A stretch of DNA of 64,000 nt from an uncultured Chloroflexia bacterium (GCA_963819655.1 CAWFXA010000003.1:32001-96000); one strand, 5' to 3'; shown: positions 52,110 to 61,488, counted from the stretch's first letter. A program made the numbers and translations. Notes: generated from the letters alone by a model not told the origin.

Positions 52110-52315
52110 CTGAACCCTTATCTGGATTGATCCATGCTGCCCATGGCGCTCTAGGACGTCCAATGTGAGCGCTGTGGGCCGCATGCGACAAGCCGACAAG
52201 CATCCGGTATGCGGTACCACTCCACCACAGCAAATGTAGTGTTCTGTGCGGCTCAGACCACAGCATCCTGTGGTTCTACCGAAATCGAACGTTGTTGACC
52301 CTTCTGGACCCTTAT
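52110..52315. other. att junction 2: arm-like repeat, att core, tandem NrdR-box-like sites, downstream arm-like repeats
   Basis: CTGAACCCTTAT 52110-52121; core 52202-52219; ACAGCAAATGTAGTGT 52227 and CCACAGCATCCTGTGG 52258; TGACCCTT/GGACCCTTAT 52296-52315. Confidence 0.7.
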
Positions 52316-52428
52316 CCTGCGATGGCCAGCAGTACTCGACCAGATGCAGCCGAGAGTCGACCGGATAGGGCGGAGGTCGATGATGCGTCGGCGCTCCTCG
52401 GCGACCTAGCATGTCCGGTGGTCAAGTG

Positions 52429-52503
52429 GAACACCTGTACTGGCGCGCCCGACAGGAGTTGAGCGCGCGGATGCCATATATATTCGCATCCCCGTCGAAG
52501 GGG
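52429..52503 (+). repeat. ~75-bp repeat copy A with LexA-box-like site
   Basis: GAACACCTGTAC then CGCGCCCGACAGGAGTTGAGCGCGCGGATGCCATA, identical to 61276-61310. Confidence 0.8.
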
Positions 52504-52660
52504 CAGGGAAGACCGCGGCGGCGACGGCATGACAAGGCGAGCGAAGACCTGCGGTTAACCGACCGCGTGGGGCCCCGACCGTTGTTGCCCAAGCTAGGCG
52601 CAGCTCGATCCCGATGTCATCGAGCCAGCGTCGGAGATTCCGATAGAGCGCCGGACAAGC

Positions 52661-52693
52661 CACGACCGCCGACCAGGATGGTCGGCGGTCGTG
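52661..52693 (-). terminator. Hairpin downstream of the gene ending at 52709
   Basis: CACGACCGCCGACCA-GGA-TGGTCGGCGGTCGTG. Confidence 0.65.
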
Positions 52694-52708
52694 TTCGTTG
52701 AGGGGGAT

Positions 52709-53143
52709 TTAGCGGCGAGCCGCGGCCACTGACTTCTCATCCGCTTCGCGTCGGGCGAGGATCGCGTCGAGGACGGCGTACTCGGCCCCCTCGATCGCGG
52801 AATACGCGTAGTCGATCGCGAGCTCGGCGTCGGCTTCGGCCCACGCTGCGCGGTCCTCGGCGTTGTCGGCGTTGAACTCGGCCTTCTGGTGGGCCATGTC
52901 CTTGCGGGCCTTGGCGAGGTGCGCGTTCCACGAGTTCTGGACGTCGCTCCAGTCGTCGCGGGCCCGCTGGCCGGCGGCCTGGGTCTTGGCCTGGAGCTTC
53001 TTCGCCTCGGCCTCGGCCGAATCGCGAACGTTGGTCACGCTCTGCTCGAGCTCGGCTCGAGCCTGGTTCCTGGCCGCCGCGGCGTGGTCCTCGGCGGTCT
53101 TGGCCCGATCGGAGAGCTTCCTCAGGTCATCGGATGCTGCCAT
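52709..53143 (-). CDS. Helical Ala/charged-rich hypothetical protein
   Basis: AAGGAG RBS; AEDRAAWAEADAELAIDYAYSAIEGAEYAVLDA. Confidence 0.75.
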   Translation of the reverse strand: MAASDDLRKLSDRAKTAEDHAAAARNQARAELEQSVTNVRDSAEAEAKKLQAKTQAAGQRARDDWSDVQNSWNAHLAKARKDMAHQKAEFNADNAEDRAAWAEADAELAIDYAYSAIEGAEYAVLDAILARREADEKSVAAARR

Positions 53144-53208
53144 GGTGTGGTTCTCCTTTTCTGAATGTGCGAACGTGCGCCTCGGGAGAGTGGTCGTCCT
53201 GACGGGCG

Positions 53209-53715
53209 TCAGGCCGTGACGTAGCTCGTCGGGTGACGGAAGACCACGCCGCCGTGCCGCCAGACCGCCTCGTCGACGTCCTGGGTCGAGTACTCTTCGA
53301 CCTCCGCGACGAGCGCGGCGTGGCCCGGCAGCAGACGGCCGGAGACTGCGGCGATGTAGTCCTCCTTGATGCCCGTGTCGGCGATATCGACGGTCGTGCC
53401 CATGGTGCCGCCGAGCACGCTGCCGGTCGCGGCACCCGCGGCGCCGACCTGTGCTCCCGTCAGCGTACCGGCCGGGCCGGCGAGCGTGCCGACCAGCGCC
53501 CCGAGGAGGGCGCCGGCGGTGGCGCCGCCGATGCCGCCCCACGGATTCGCGATCCCCTCGTCGTCCAGCCAGTTGATATTGCCGGCCAGGTCCTTCTCGA
53601 CGATCGCGCCACTCTTGATGTCGATCACGCTCTGGTCCAGCTTGTCGATGTCCCTCGCGGCGTCGTACGCCTGGTTGCGGTTTTCGAACGTCGCGATGAT
53701 GACGTCTCGGGCCAT
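53209..53715 (-). CDS. DUF1269-like glycine-zipper membrane protein
   Basis: GATAGALLGALVGTLAGPAG...LLPGHAALVAEVEE. Confidence 0.78.
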   Translation of the reverse strand: MARDVIIATFENRNQAYDAARDIDKLDQSVIDIKSGAIVEKDLAGNINWLDDEGIANPWGGIGGATAGALLGALVGTLAGPAGTLTGAQVGAAGAATGSVLGGTMGTTVDIADTGIKEDYIAAVSGRLLPGHAALVAEVEEYSTQDVDEAVWRHGGVVFRHPTSYVTA

Positions 53716-53759
53716 GGTTCGTTCCTCCTGTGGGTTGATGGGTCGGTTGACCTGGGCAC

Positions 53760-53807
53760 AGCGTCGCGGCGCGGAGGATGAGCGGTCGTCACCCGGATCG
53801 GTCGATT
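53760..53807 (-). promoter_or_regulatory. Island-3 operator copy 1 plus -10 box
   Basis: AATCGACCGATCCGGGTGA-N7-TCATCC-N10-GACGCT. Confidence 0.7.
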
Positions 53808-53998
53808 ACGGGCGCCTCCGCGGCGCCGCGCGGGCCGGTCCGATCGACCCCCACACCTCGTCGACCTTCTTCCATGGCCCGGTACCCCGACCATCGACGC
53901 GCTCATGGTCGGCCTGACCGGGTCCCGTGTCGAGCGTCGTACTCGCATCGCTCACCCGGCGTGCCGGCGCCTTCTCCCTCGACGATCGCCTGAGGTCG

Positions 53999-54046
53999 AA
54001 TCGCCCGGATCGGACGACGGCAGATCGTCCGGTCGGGGCGGAACCT
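53999..54046 (+). promoter_or_regulatory. Island-3 operator copy 2 plus -10 box
   Basis: AATCGCCCGGATCGGACGA-N7-TCGTCC-N10-GAACCT. Confidence 0.65.
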
Positions 54047-54084
54047 CATGGGATTGATCGCCCTTGATTGGAGGAACTCCGGCC

Positions 54085-54507
54085 ATGACAGCGCTGACGC
54101 TCCCACACCCGCCCCAACACCCGGTTGTCATCCGCTTGAACAAAGAGCGCGCCGCGGATTTCGAGCTCCGGCTCGCCGACGGCATCACTGCGTTCGCAGG
54201 CTCGATGCGATTCGTGTACTTCCATGCCGTGGCGTTCGCTCTGTGGATGCTCTTCTTCGAGAAGAATCCGTGGCCGACGTTGACGCTTGCGGTGTCCCTC
54301 GAGGCGATCTTCCTAACCTCCTTCGTGATGATCGGGCAGAACCGCCAGGCCACGTTCCAGCAGGAGAAGGCCGACCACGACTTCGTCGAGGGCGAGCAGG
54401 AGTTGAAGCTGAACACCGACCTGACACGTGAGATCCACGAGCTAACCCGCGAGCTCCATGAACGCGTCCTTGGAACCCCTGTACAAGACCGGCAGGAACA
54501 GCGCTAG
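54085..54507 (+). CDS. DUF1003 membrane protein
   Basis: ADGITAFAGSMRFVYFH...LTLAVSLEAIFLTSFVMIGQNRQ; GGAGG RBS. Confidence 0.85.
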   Translation: MTALTLPHPPQHPVVIRLNKERAADFELRLADGITAFAGSMRFVYFHAVAFALWMLFFEKNPWPTLTLAVSLEAIFLTSFVMIGQNRQATFQQEKADHDFVEGEQELKLNTDLTREIHELTRELHERVLGTPVQDRQEQR

Positions 54508-55679
54508 TGAGCATCCAAGGGCAGCGATCGATTGGTGGCGGGCCTCATGGCTCTCGCGTAATGCCGGACGCAGCACCGGATGGGACGGTCGCGGGCGCTC
54601 CGGTCGGGACGCCGGCGCAGCCGACGCCGAGCCGTCGGGCGATCGCGGGGCGCGCGGTCGTGCTCGTCGGGATCTTTCTGTTCGTGTTCGGGGTCGTGTT
54701 GCCGCGCCTGATCGACTACGACGCGGTTCGCGCCGCGCTCGCAGCGCTGACCCCCGGTCAGCTCGGGCTGCTCGGTGCCGCCAGCGTGGTCGCCTACGTC
54801 GCCAACGCCGGTCCGACCCGGGTCCTCGTGCCCGGGCTCTCATGGCCGCACGCAGTCGGGTCGGACCTGGCCGCGCGGGCGGTCGTCAGCACCGTGCCCG
54901 GGCCGACTGACGTTGCCACGCGGCTCGTCCTGTACCGCCAGTGGGCGATCCCCACCGCCATCGCGAGCGCCGGGATCGTCCTCGCGGCCCTGTTCGAGAC
55001 GTTCTCCTTGTTTGCCCTGCCGCTGACCGCCACCGCAGGTCTGCTCGTCACCGGTCACCCGGCCGAGTCGCGTGCGCTCCAGCTCGCGCTGATCGGCCTC
55101 ATCGTGCTGGTCGCCGGCGCGGTCCTGATGGTTACCATCGTGCGCTCGGAGGACCTAGCCCGGAGGCTGGGCGGCTGGCTCGACCGGATGGCCCAGCGCA
55201 TCTGGAAGTTCTTCCGGAAGACGCCGCCGACGGGCATCGTCGAGGGCATCCTGGACCTTCGAGAGCGCTCGAAGGCCATCCTCACGCAGCACGGCCTGCG
55301 CGGGTTCGTCGCAGCCGTGGTCGCCAAGCTCGCCTGGTTCGTCGTTCTCGAGATCGCCCTCTGGTGCGTCGGGGTCGGCCCAGATGTGCTCCCGCCGTCG
55401 GCCGTGCTGGCGGCGATGGCGGTCGTCGGGATGGTGTCGCTCATTCCCATCACGCCGGGCGGCGTGGGCGTCACCGAGGTCGCCTACATCGGCATCCTGT
55501 CGAGCGTGGCCGGCTCGGGGCTGACCGAGCAGCTCACGGCCGCCGTGATGCTGTTCCGGATCGCCCAATGGTTCGTCCCGATCCCGGTCGGCTGGGTGCT
55601 TCTGCTCGTGATGCGCCGGGGCCACTTGGGCGAGCTGCTCGGGGGTCCCGACAAGGTTCCGACGCCGTCTTCGAGCTGA
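54507..55679 (+). CDS. Lysylphosphatidylglycerol synthase TM (flippase-like) domain protein
   Basis: Multi-TM; IPITPGGVGVTE...AAVMLFRIAQW. Confidence 0.82.
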   Translation: MSIQGQRSIGGGPHGSRVMPDAAPDGTVAGAPVGTPAQPTPSRRAIAGRAVVLVGIFLFVFGVVLPRLIDYDAVRAALAALTPGQLGLLGAASVVAYVANAGPTRVLVPGLSWPHAVGSDLAARAVVSTVPGPTDVATRLVLYRQWAIPTAIASAGIVLAALFETFSLFALPLTATAGLLVTGHPAESRALQLALIGLIVLVAGAVLMVTIVRSEDLARRLGGWLDRMAQRIWKFFRKTPPTGIVEGILDLRERSKAILTQHGLRGFVAAVVAKLAWFVVLEIALWCVGVGPDVLPPSAVLAAMAVVGMVSLIPITPGGVGVTEVAYIGILSSVAGSGLTEQLTAAVMLFRIAQWFVPIPVGWVLLLVMRRGHLGELLGGPDKVPTPSSS

Positions 55680-55928
55680 TGGGAGCGCGCGTCGGCCGCG
55701 GTCGGCGACGCCGTCCTGGCCGCTCGGTGAGAGCGAGCTCCGAGTGCCAACGAAGTCCGTCGCTCGACACGCTGAGGTCACGACGCGAGCCGCGATGTCG
55801 CGGGGCTCCAGGATGCGCGCGGGCCGTAAAGCAGTCGCTCGAGGCCACGCGCGAGGCGCTCGTGTCCTGACGGGGCGAGCGATGCGGAGCACCGAGCGCG
55901 TGAGGCGCGGTGGCCCAGCCAATGGCCG

Positions 55929-55976
55929 AATTGGCCGAATCGTGGGACGACCGCTCATCCTCGCGGATCGGACGCT
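55929..55976 (+). promoter_or_regulatory. Island-3 operator copy 3 plus -10 box
   Basis: AATTGGCCGAATCGTGGGA-N7-TCATCC-N10-GACGCT. Confidence 0.62.
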
Positions 55977-56019
55977 TCGTCCCTATTCCACAGAGTTCAA
56001 TCGAAAGGAGAAGGTTCCA

Positions 56020-56588
56020 ATGCTTGGTTTGGTGGCGCGCGACTGGTGGGTGTTCGCGATCCGTGGCATCGCTGCGATCGTGCTCGGCATCCTCGCATTC
56101 ATCTGGCCTGAGAGGACGCTCACGGTGCTCGTCTTCCTGTTCGGCGCCTACTTCACTCGTCGACGGCGTCGCGCTGCTCGATCGCGCTCGCTCGCGGCGA
56201 CGCAGAGGCGCGGCGGGACGCCTGGGCCGTGGGGATCATGGGCGTCCTCGGCATCGTCGTCGGCGTCGCCACCTTCGTGTCGCCAGGCCTGACGGCTCTA
56301 ACGCTGCTGTACCTCGTGGCCTTCTGGGCGATAGCGACGGGCGCCTTCCAGGTTATCGCGGCCATCGCCCTCCGGCGCGAGCTCGAAGGCGAGTTCTGGA
56401 TGGCACTCGGCGGCGTGGCCTCGATCGTATTCGGCGCACTGCTCGTCGCCTCCCCCGGAGACGGGCTGATCACGCTCGTGTGGCTCGTCGGGATCTGGTC
56501 GGTCGTGTTCGGGGTCTCGAACCTCGGCCTCGCGAATCGGCTCCGTAAGGTCGACGCGGCCATGCCCGCGCCCGCCGCGCAGCACTGA
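56020..56588 (+). CDS. HdeD/DUF308 family membrane protein, frameshifted near 56150-56180
   Basis: WWVFAIRGIAAIVLGILAFIWP...; second frame LLYLVAFWAIATG...LVWLVG. Confidence 0.8.
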
Positions 56589-56652
56589 CCCGCTCGGGTC
56601 GCGATCGTCCACGAGGGCTGCATGCGACAGACGACTGTGTGGACAAACAAGA

Positions 56653-56692
56653 GCAGCGGTGGGAGCGGCGGCAACGCCGCTCCCACCGCTGC
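56653..56692. terminator. Perfect 18-bp hairpin with GCAA loop
   Basis: GCAGCGGTGGGAGCGGCG-GCAA-CGCCGCTCCCACCGCTGC. Confidence 0.65.
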
Positions 56693-56814
56693 GTGAGTTC
56701 GGCTGAGCCGACCAACATCAGGGAGGGCCAGGATGCCCGGGAGCGACGTAGAACGTGCGGGCGGCGGTGTCGTTGGGGATCGCCCGCGACGATGAGTCGC
56801 GCGCGGACGGGCTG

Positions 56815-57873
56815 ATGCTGTCCGCCGGCCCGCTCACGGCCATCGGCGGGCTCGTGCTCGTCCTCGTCGCGGTGCTCGCCCTACGCGAGGTGGCGTCGCT
56901 CGTCGTCCCGGTGGTGTTCGGTCTCTTCATCGCCCTCACCGCCTGGCCGATGGTCGGGGCGCTCGAGCGGCGTGGCGTCCGGCACGCGTTCGCGCTTGGC
57001 GGGAACGATGGCGGTCGTCCTTGCCATCGGTCTCGTTGCGGCCTGCGTAGCCGCGCTCTCGGTGGGCGAGCTGGCGGTCAAGATTCCCACGTACGAGAGC
57101 CGCCTGAGCGCTGCCCTCGCGGCCCTGCGCGATCTCCTTGGGCAGCTCGGGATCAGCGTCGATCTCGGCGCCATCACTGCGATCATCTCGCCGGAGAGGA
57201 TCTTCGGACTCGTCAAGCCCGTGGCGTCGGCCGTCTCCGAGGCCGGTGGCGCAATGTTCGTCCTCGCCTTCACCATGATCTATGCGCTCGCAGGCGGGAC
57301 GTCGCTCCGGGCGCGGGCGGTTGCGGCGTTCGGTGAGCAGCACGCGCTCCTGCTCGGCATGGAGCGGTTCGGTACCGACCTGCGACGCTACCTCGTCGTG
57401 CGAGCCAAGCTCGGGCTATTCGCCGCCGTGCTCTCGTTCGTGCTTCTAGCTCGTGCTCGGCGTGCCGTTTCGCCGTCCTGTGGGCGATCCTCGTATTCGC
57501 CGCTAGCTTCGTCCCGAACATCGGCGTCCGTGATCGCCGTCGTACCGCCGACGATCCTCGCATATCTCGACAGCGGGCTTGGCGACGGCGGCGATTGGTG
57601 GTCATCGGATATGCCGTCATCAACTTCGCCCAGGACCAGTTCCTCCAGCCGGTGGTCATGGGGAGCGAGCTCAACCTGAGCCCGCTGGTTGTCTTCATCG
57701 CGGTCGTCGTGTGGGTGTGGATCCTCGGCCCGGCTGGCGCGCTTCTCGCGGTCCCGCTAACGGTCGGGCTGGTCATGCTCCTCGAGGTGTTCCCCTCCTC
57801 GCGGGGCGTTGCCGCCGTGCTCCGCAACAACGTCGAGGCGCAGCCCGGGATGCGCGAGACGCTCGTGCCCTGA
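56815..57873 (+). CDS. AI-2E family transporter, several apparent frameshifts
   Basis: LVVPVVFGLFIA...RRYLVVRA...QPVVMGSELNLSPLVVFIAVVVWVWILGPAGALLAVPLT across frames. Confidence 0.78.
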
Positions 57874-57994
57874 CCGGCCGGCGGTCAGTTCGCCGGCTGC
57901 CCTGACCCGACGTACGCGAGGCGACGGCGAAAATGACGCCCTCGAAGGCCGGGAATGCACGTGACGGGATGACGCCGTCGGCCGACGGCCGCGC

Positions 57995-60661
57995 CTATCC
58001 GCGCCTCCGCGTCGCCGCGGCGAGCAGCCCGAGATCGCGAGCGCGTTCGACCGCCTCGGTGCGTCGATGGACGCCGAGCTTCTCGTAGACGTGGCGCATG
58101 TGGGTCTTGACCGTGCTCGTGGAGACGAACAGCTCGCCGGCGATGTCCGGTGCCGACAGGTTGCTCGGCAGGTAGCGAAGGACGCGAAGTTCGCTCTCGC
58201 TGAGCGGCTCGGCCAGGGTCGCCAGCTCTCCCACGCCGGCTGGCGGCAAGCCGGCATAGCATGCCGCGGATGTCGGTCAGCAGGGTGGCGTGAGCCGTTC
58301 GGTGGCGAGGGTGGCGATCGAGGAGATCCGTCCACGGGCGTGATGAGGAACGGGAAGACGACGGCGTCGGCCTCGGTCAACGTCGAGCGCACGCTCGACG
58401 TCCGCTTCCGCGGCGTCCCCCTGGCCGAGCCGCTCCCGGGCGAGCGCATCGATGAAGCAGCGCCTGGACCAGCGTGAACACGCGGATCACGGACGCCTCG
58501 CCGTTGAGGACCGGGGCGAGGACCTCGATGGCCGACGACGCGTCCTCGTCGGCGAGGTGGATCGCAGCCGCCGCGCACCGGGTCTCGCCCCAGTCGCGCT
58601 GTTCCTGACCGACTCGAGCGAGCGTGGCGCGCGCGGCCTCGCGCTGGCCCATCCGCAGACTGCGGTCTGGACGAGGAAGTTCCGCACGAGGGCGGTGTTG
58701 ACATGCATCGTGACGAGGGACGCCTGCGTTCGCTCGGCGGCCGCGAATACGCCGGCCGCCTCGTCGAGTTGACCCTCACCGAAGCGCTGGATGCCGCGCA
58801 CCAGGAACAGGAACAGCGCAGTGGCGGGCTCCACTTCCGTGCGCAGCGCGCGCTCTGCTCGATCGAGCCACTCGCCACCTTCGGCTATCCGACCCTGGGC
58901 GACGTCGACCGCCGCCATGGTCGCCAGCGCCATGCACGCGATCGGTTCGGTCTCCCAGCCGTGGCGCTCGGCGATCGCGACCGCCTCGGCCGTGACCGGC
59001 CGCTGCCGGGTCAGCGGCCGAGTCGGCAGGAGTGCCATGTGAGAGAGGCAGCCGATCTCGAGGTACGGCCGTCCGGCTCGACGCGCGAGCCCAAGGGCGT
59101 GCTCGAGGTCGCGTTCGGCATCGTCCGGGCGACGCGCCCACAGCTCGAGGATGCCGAGGTTCATCAAGGCCTTAGCGCGCGCGTCGTCTCCGAGGAGCAC
59201 CCCGTCGAAGGCGTTGGCTGCCGGCTCGAGGAGCGTGCGGACCTCGGCGAGCACGGACGCGTCGTCGCCGCGACGGCGCGCAAGGGCGAGCCGGGCGATG
59301 GCGAGGTTGAGCCCGAAACGTGCCCGCCGGTCGGGCGGAACGTCCTCGTGATGCTGCTCGGCCAGCGCGATGTACGACGCTGCGGTCCCGAGCGAATGGG
59401 CCGAGAGCTCCTGGTAGGCCATGAACGCCGCGAGCTCGGGCTCGCGTCGAACTTCCGCCGGTAGGGCCGCGAGGAGGCCGTCGACCGCCGCTCCCTGCCC
59501 GTCGAGCGAGAGCGTGAGGCCGTGCTCCGCGAGGAGGCGGCCCGCGTAGTCCCACGCCTCGGCTCGCTCGGCGTGGCGGACCGCCTCGAGCACGTTGCCA
59601 TGGGCGACGTACCAATCGGCGGCGGCGAGGTGAAGCTGGGGCACGTCCTCGGGGCTCGTGCGGCGGAGCTCCAGCCGCAGGAGATCTGCCAGCAAATGGT
59701 GGTAGCGGAACGTCGTCCTCGCCGCATCGACCGCCACGACGAAGGCGTTCTCGTCCTCGAGCCAGAGGAGGATTCGTTCGGACCCCATGGACCTGAGGAG
59801 GTGGTCTGCCAGCGGCCCGGTGACGTTGTCGAGGATCGAGGTTCGAAGGAGCAGGCGACGGACGTCCGCGGGCAGGCGGGCGAGCACCTCGGCGAGCAGG
59901 TAGTCGGCCACGGTCCGCTCATTGCCCGAGAACTCGGCGACGAAGCGGCGCGGATCCGGATGACCAGCGAGCGAGAGCGCGGCCAGGCGGAGCCCGGCTG
60001 CCCAGCCCTCGGTCCTGCCATGGAGCTGCGACAGGCTGTCGTCGTCGAGCCGGACGTGCGCCGCCTCCAGAAGTCTGTGCGTCTCGGCGAGGTTGAACCG
60101 CAGATCGGCCTCGCGAATCTCCGTGAGCTGGCCGGCCAGGCGCAGTCGATGGAGCCCGAGCTGCGGGTCGTGGCGCGTCGCCAGCACGATGCAGAGATGT
60201 TCGGGACGGCCCGCGATGAGTTCGGCGAGGTCGTCGCGCGCCAAAGCGGCGCGGAGTTCATGGAGGTCGTCGATCACCAGCAGGATCGGCCGATCGAGCC
60301 CGGCGAGCTGGGCGATCAGCCTCTGTACCAGGGCAGCACCGTCGAATTGCGGTGATGGAGCGAGCGGCGCAAGGACGGCGTCCGATCCGACGGCCGCGCG
60401 GAGCTGTTCGAGCACTGAGAGCCAGAAGCGCTGGGGGTCCTGCTCGTCCCGCCGGACCGAGACCCAGGCGGCGCGGTCGGCGAGGTTCGCTTCGTTGATC
60501 CACGACCGCAGCAGCACGGTCTTCCCGCTGCCAGGCGGCGCCGAGACGAGCGTGACGCCGCCTGCCAACCCGGCGGACAGGCGCTCGAAGAGGTCCGGCC
60601 GCGCGACAACGGACGGAGGGTGCGCACCCGAGGTGATCGAGGATGTCCTCACCTTGCGCAT
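57995..60661 (-). CDS. Second MalT-like STAND-TPR-LuxR activator, frameshifts clustered at 58250-58660
   Basis: APPGSGKT, LVIDDLH, TEGWAAGLRL, RYHHLLADLL; LuxR HTH LSESELRVLRYL...TVKTHMRHVYEKLG in ORF 57995-58249. Confidence 0.85.
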
Positions 60662-60800
60662 CGTCCCACGCCGGAACTCACCGAGGAAGGCAGGCGCGTG
60701 ATGGCCAGGACCAGGGCGACGGGCATTGCGATGCGACCCTGCTCAGTCTAACCCTTCGAGATTACCGACCTGGCCGGTCGGCCGGTCTTCGGCGGACCTC

Positions 60801-60848
60801 GATCGTCCTATCGGGATGATGCGGACTCATCCGCTCGAACACGACGCT
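60801..60848 (+). promoter_or_regulatory. Island-3 operator copy 4 plus -10 box (leaderless start at 60855)
   Basis: GATCGTCCTATCGGGATGA-N7-TCATCC-N10-GACGCT, with ATG 6 nt later. Confidence 0.72.
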
Positions 60849-60854
60849 CACGGC

Positions 60855-61067
60855 ATGCGCGATCTTCGGAATGGTGCCCGGTACGAGATCCGCATCCGTG
60901 GAATCCTGAGTGGAACGGTCGCCGGTGCCTTCTCGGGCCTCCTAGCCCGGGAGGATCGCGGCGAGACGGTGCTCACCGGCCGGCTCCCGGACCAAGCCGC
61001 ACTCCACGGAGTCCTTGCCCAGATAGAAGCGCTCGGACTCGAGCTCATTGAAGTCCGGCGTCGGTAG
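60855..61067 (+). CDS. Small ACT-like protein, copy B
   Basis: RYEIRIRGIL...ETVLTGRLPDQAALHGVLAQIEALGLELIEVRR. Confidence 0.78.
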   Translation: MRDLRNGARYEIRIRGILSGTVAGAFSGLLAREDRGETVLTGRLPDQAALHGVLAQIEALGLELIEVRRR

Positions 61068-61260
61068 AGGGAAACGCTCCTGGCGGACGCGCCTAGGGAC
61101 ATCTCAGGCCTCCAGCCATGACCCTGAGGCACGCCGATCGCTGCACACGTCGTCAGGGGGCCTGCGGACCGCGAGCAAGGAGGGTTGGCTCGCGTGTCGA
61201 CTCGCGGACCGGGCAAACTTGTGCGGGCGCAAGTCGAGGATGCCGCGTCTCGCGTAATTA

Positions 61261-61333
61261 GAACATCTGTTCTGTCGCGCCCGACAGGAGTTGAGCGCGC
61301 GGATGCCATAAATATCCGAATCCCGACTGAGGG
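61261..61333 (+). repeat. ~75-bp repeat copy B with LexA-box-like site
   Basis: GAACATCTGTTC then a 35-bp core identical to 52444-52478. Confidence 0.8.
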
Positions 61334-61488
61334 AGTCAACATTGGCATAATGGCCGAAGGCGCCTGATCGCTGACAGCTCCGGGAGTGGTCGGGCAGATG
61401 CCAGAGCGCAGGCTCACCAGTTGAGGCCTCTGACCCCTCGACCGGCGGCGTGGCCGTCGGCCGCCGTGAGTAAACGAGAGGAGTCCCG

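Larger units (their letters stand above)
41169..52219. mobile_element. Island 2 (~11 kb) carrying a MalT-like regulon with redox cargo
   Basis: Bounded by 18-bp tRNA-Glu 3' repeats at 41151 and 52202; no integrase seen. Confidence 0.75.

Noticed and set aside
52441-52462. A tRNA gene on the minus strand
   Set aside because: Only a 3'-end-like 22-mer is present; no D arm or anticodon arm can be folded.
56778-56819. Operator copy upstream of the AI-2E gene
   Set aside because: GATCGCCCGCGACGATGA is one base short, lacks the TCRTCC half-site and is 18 rather than 23 bp from a -10-like hexamer.
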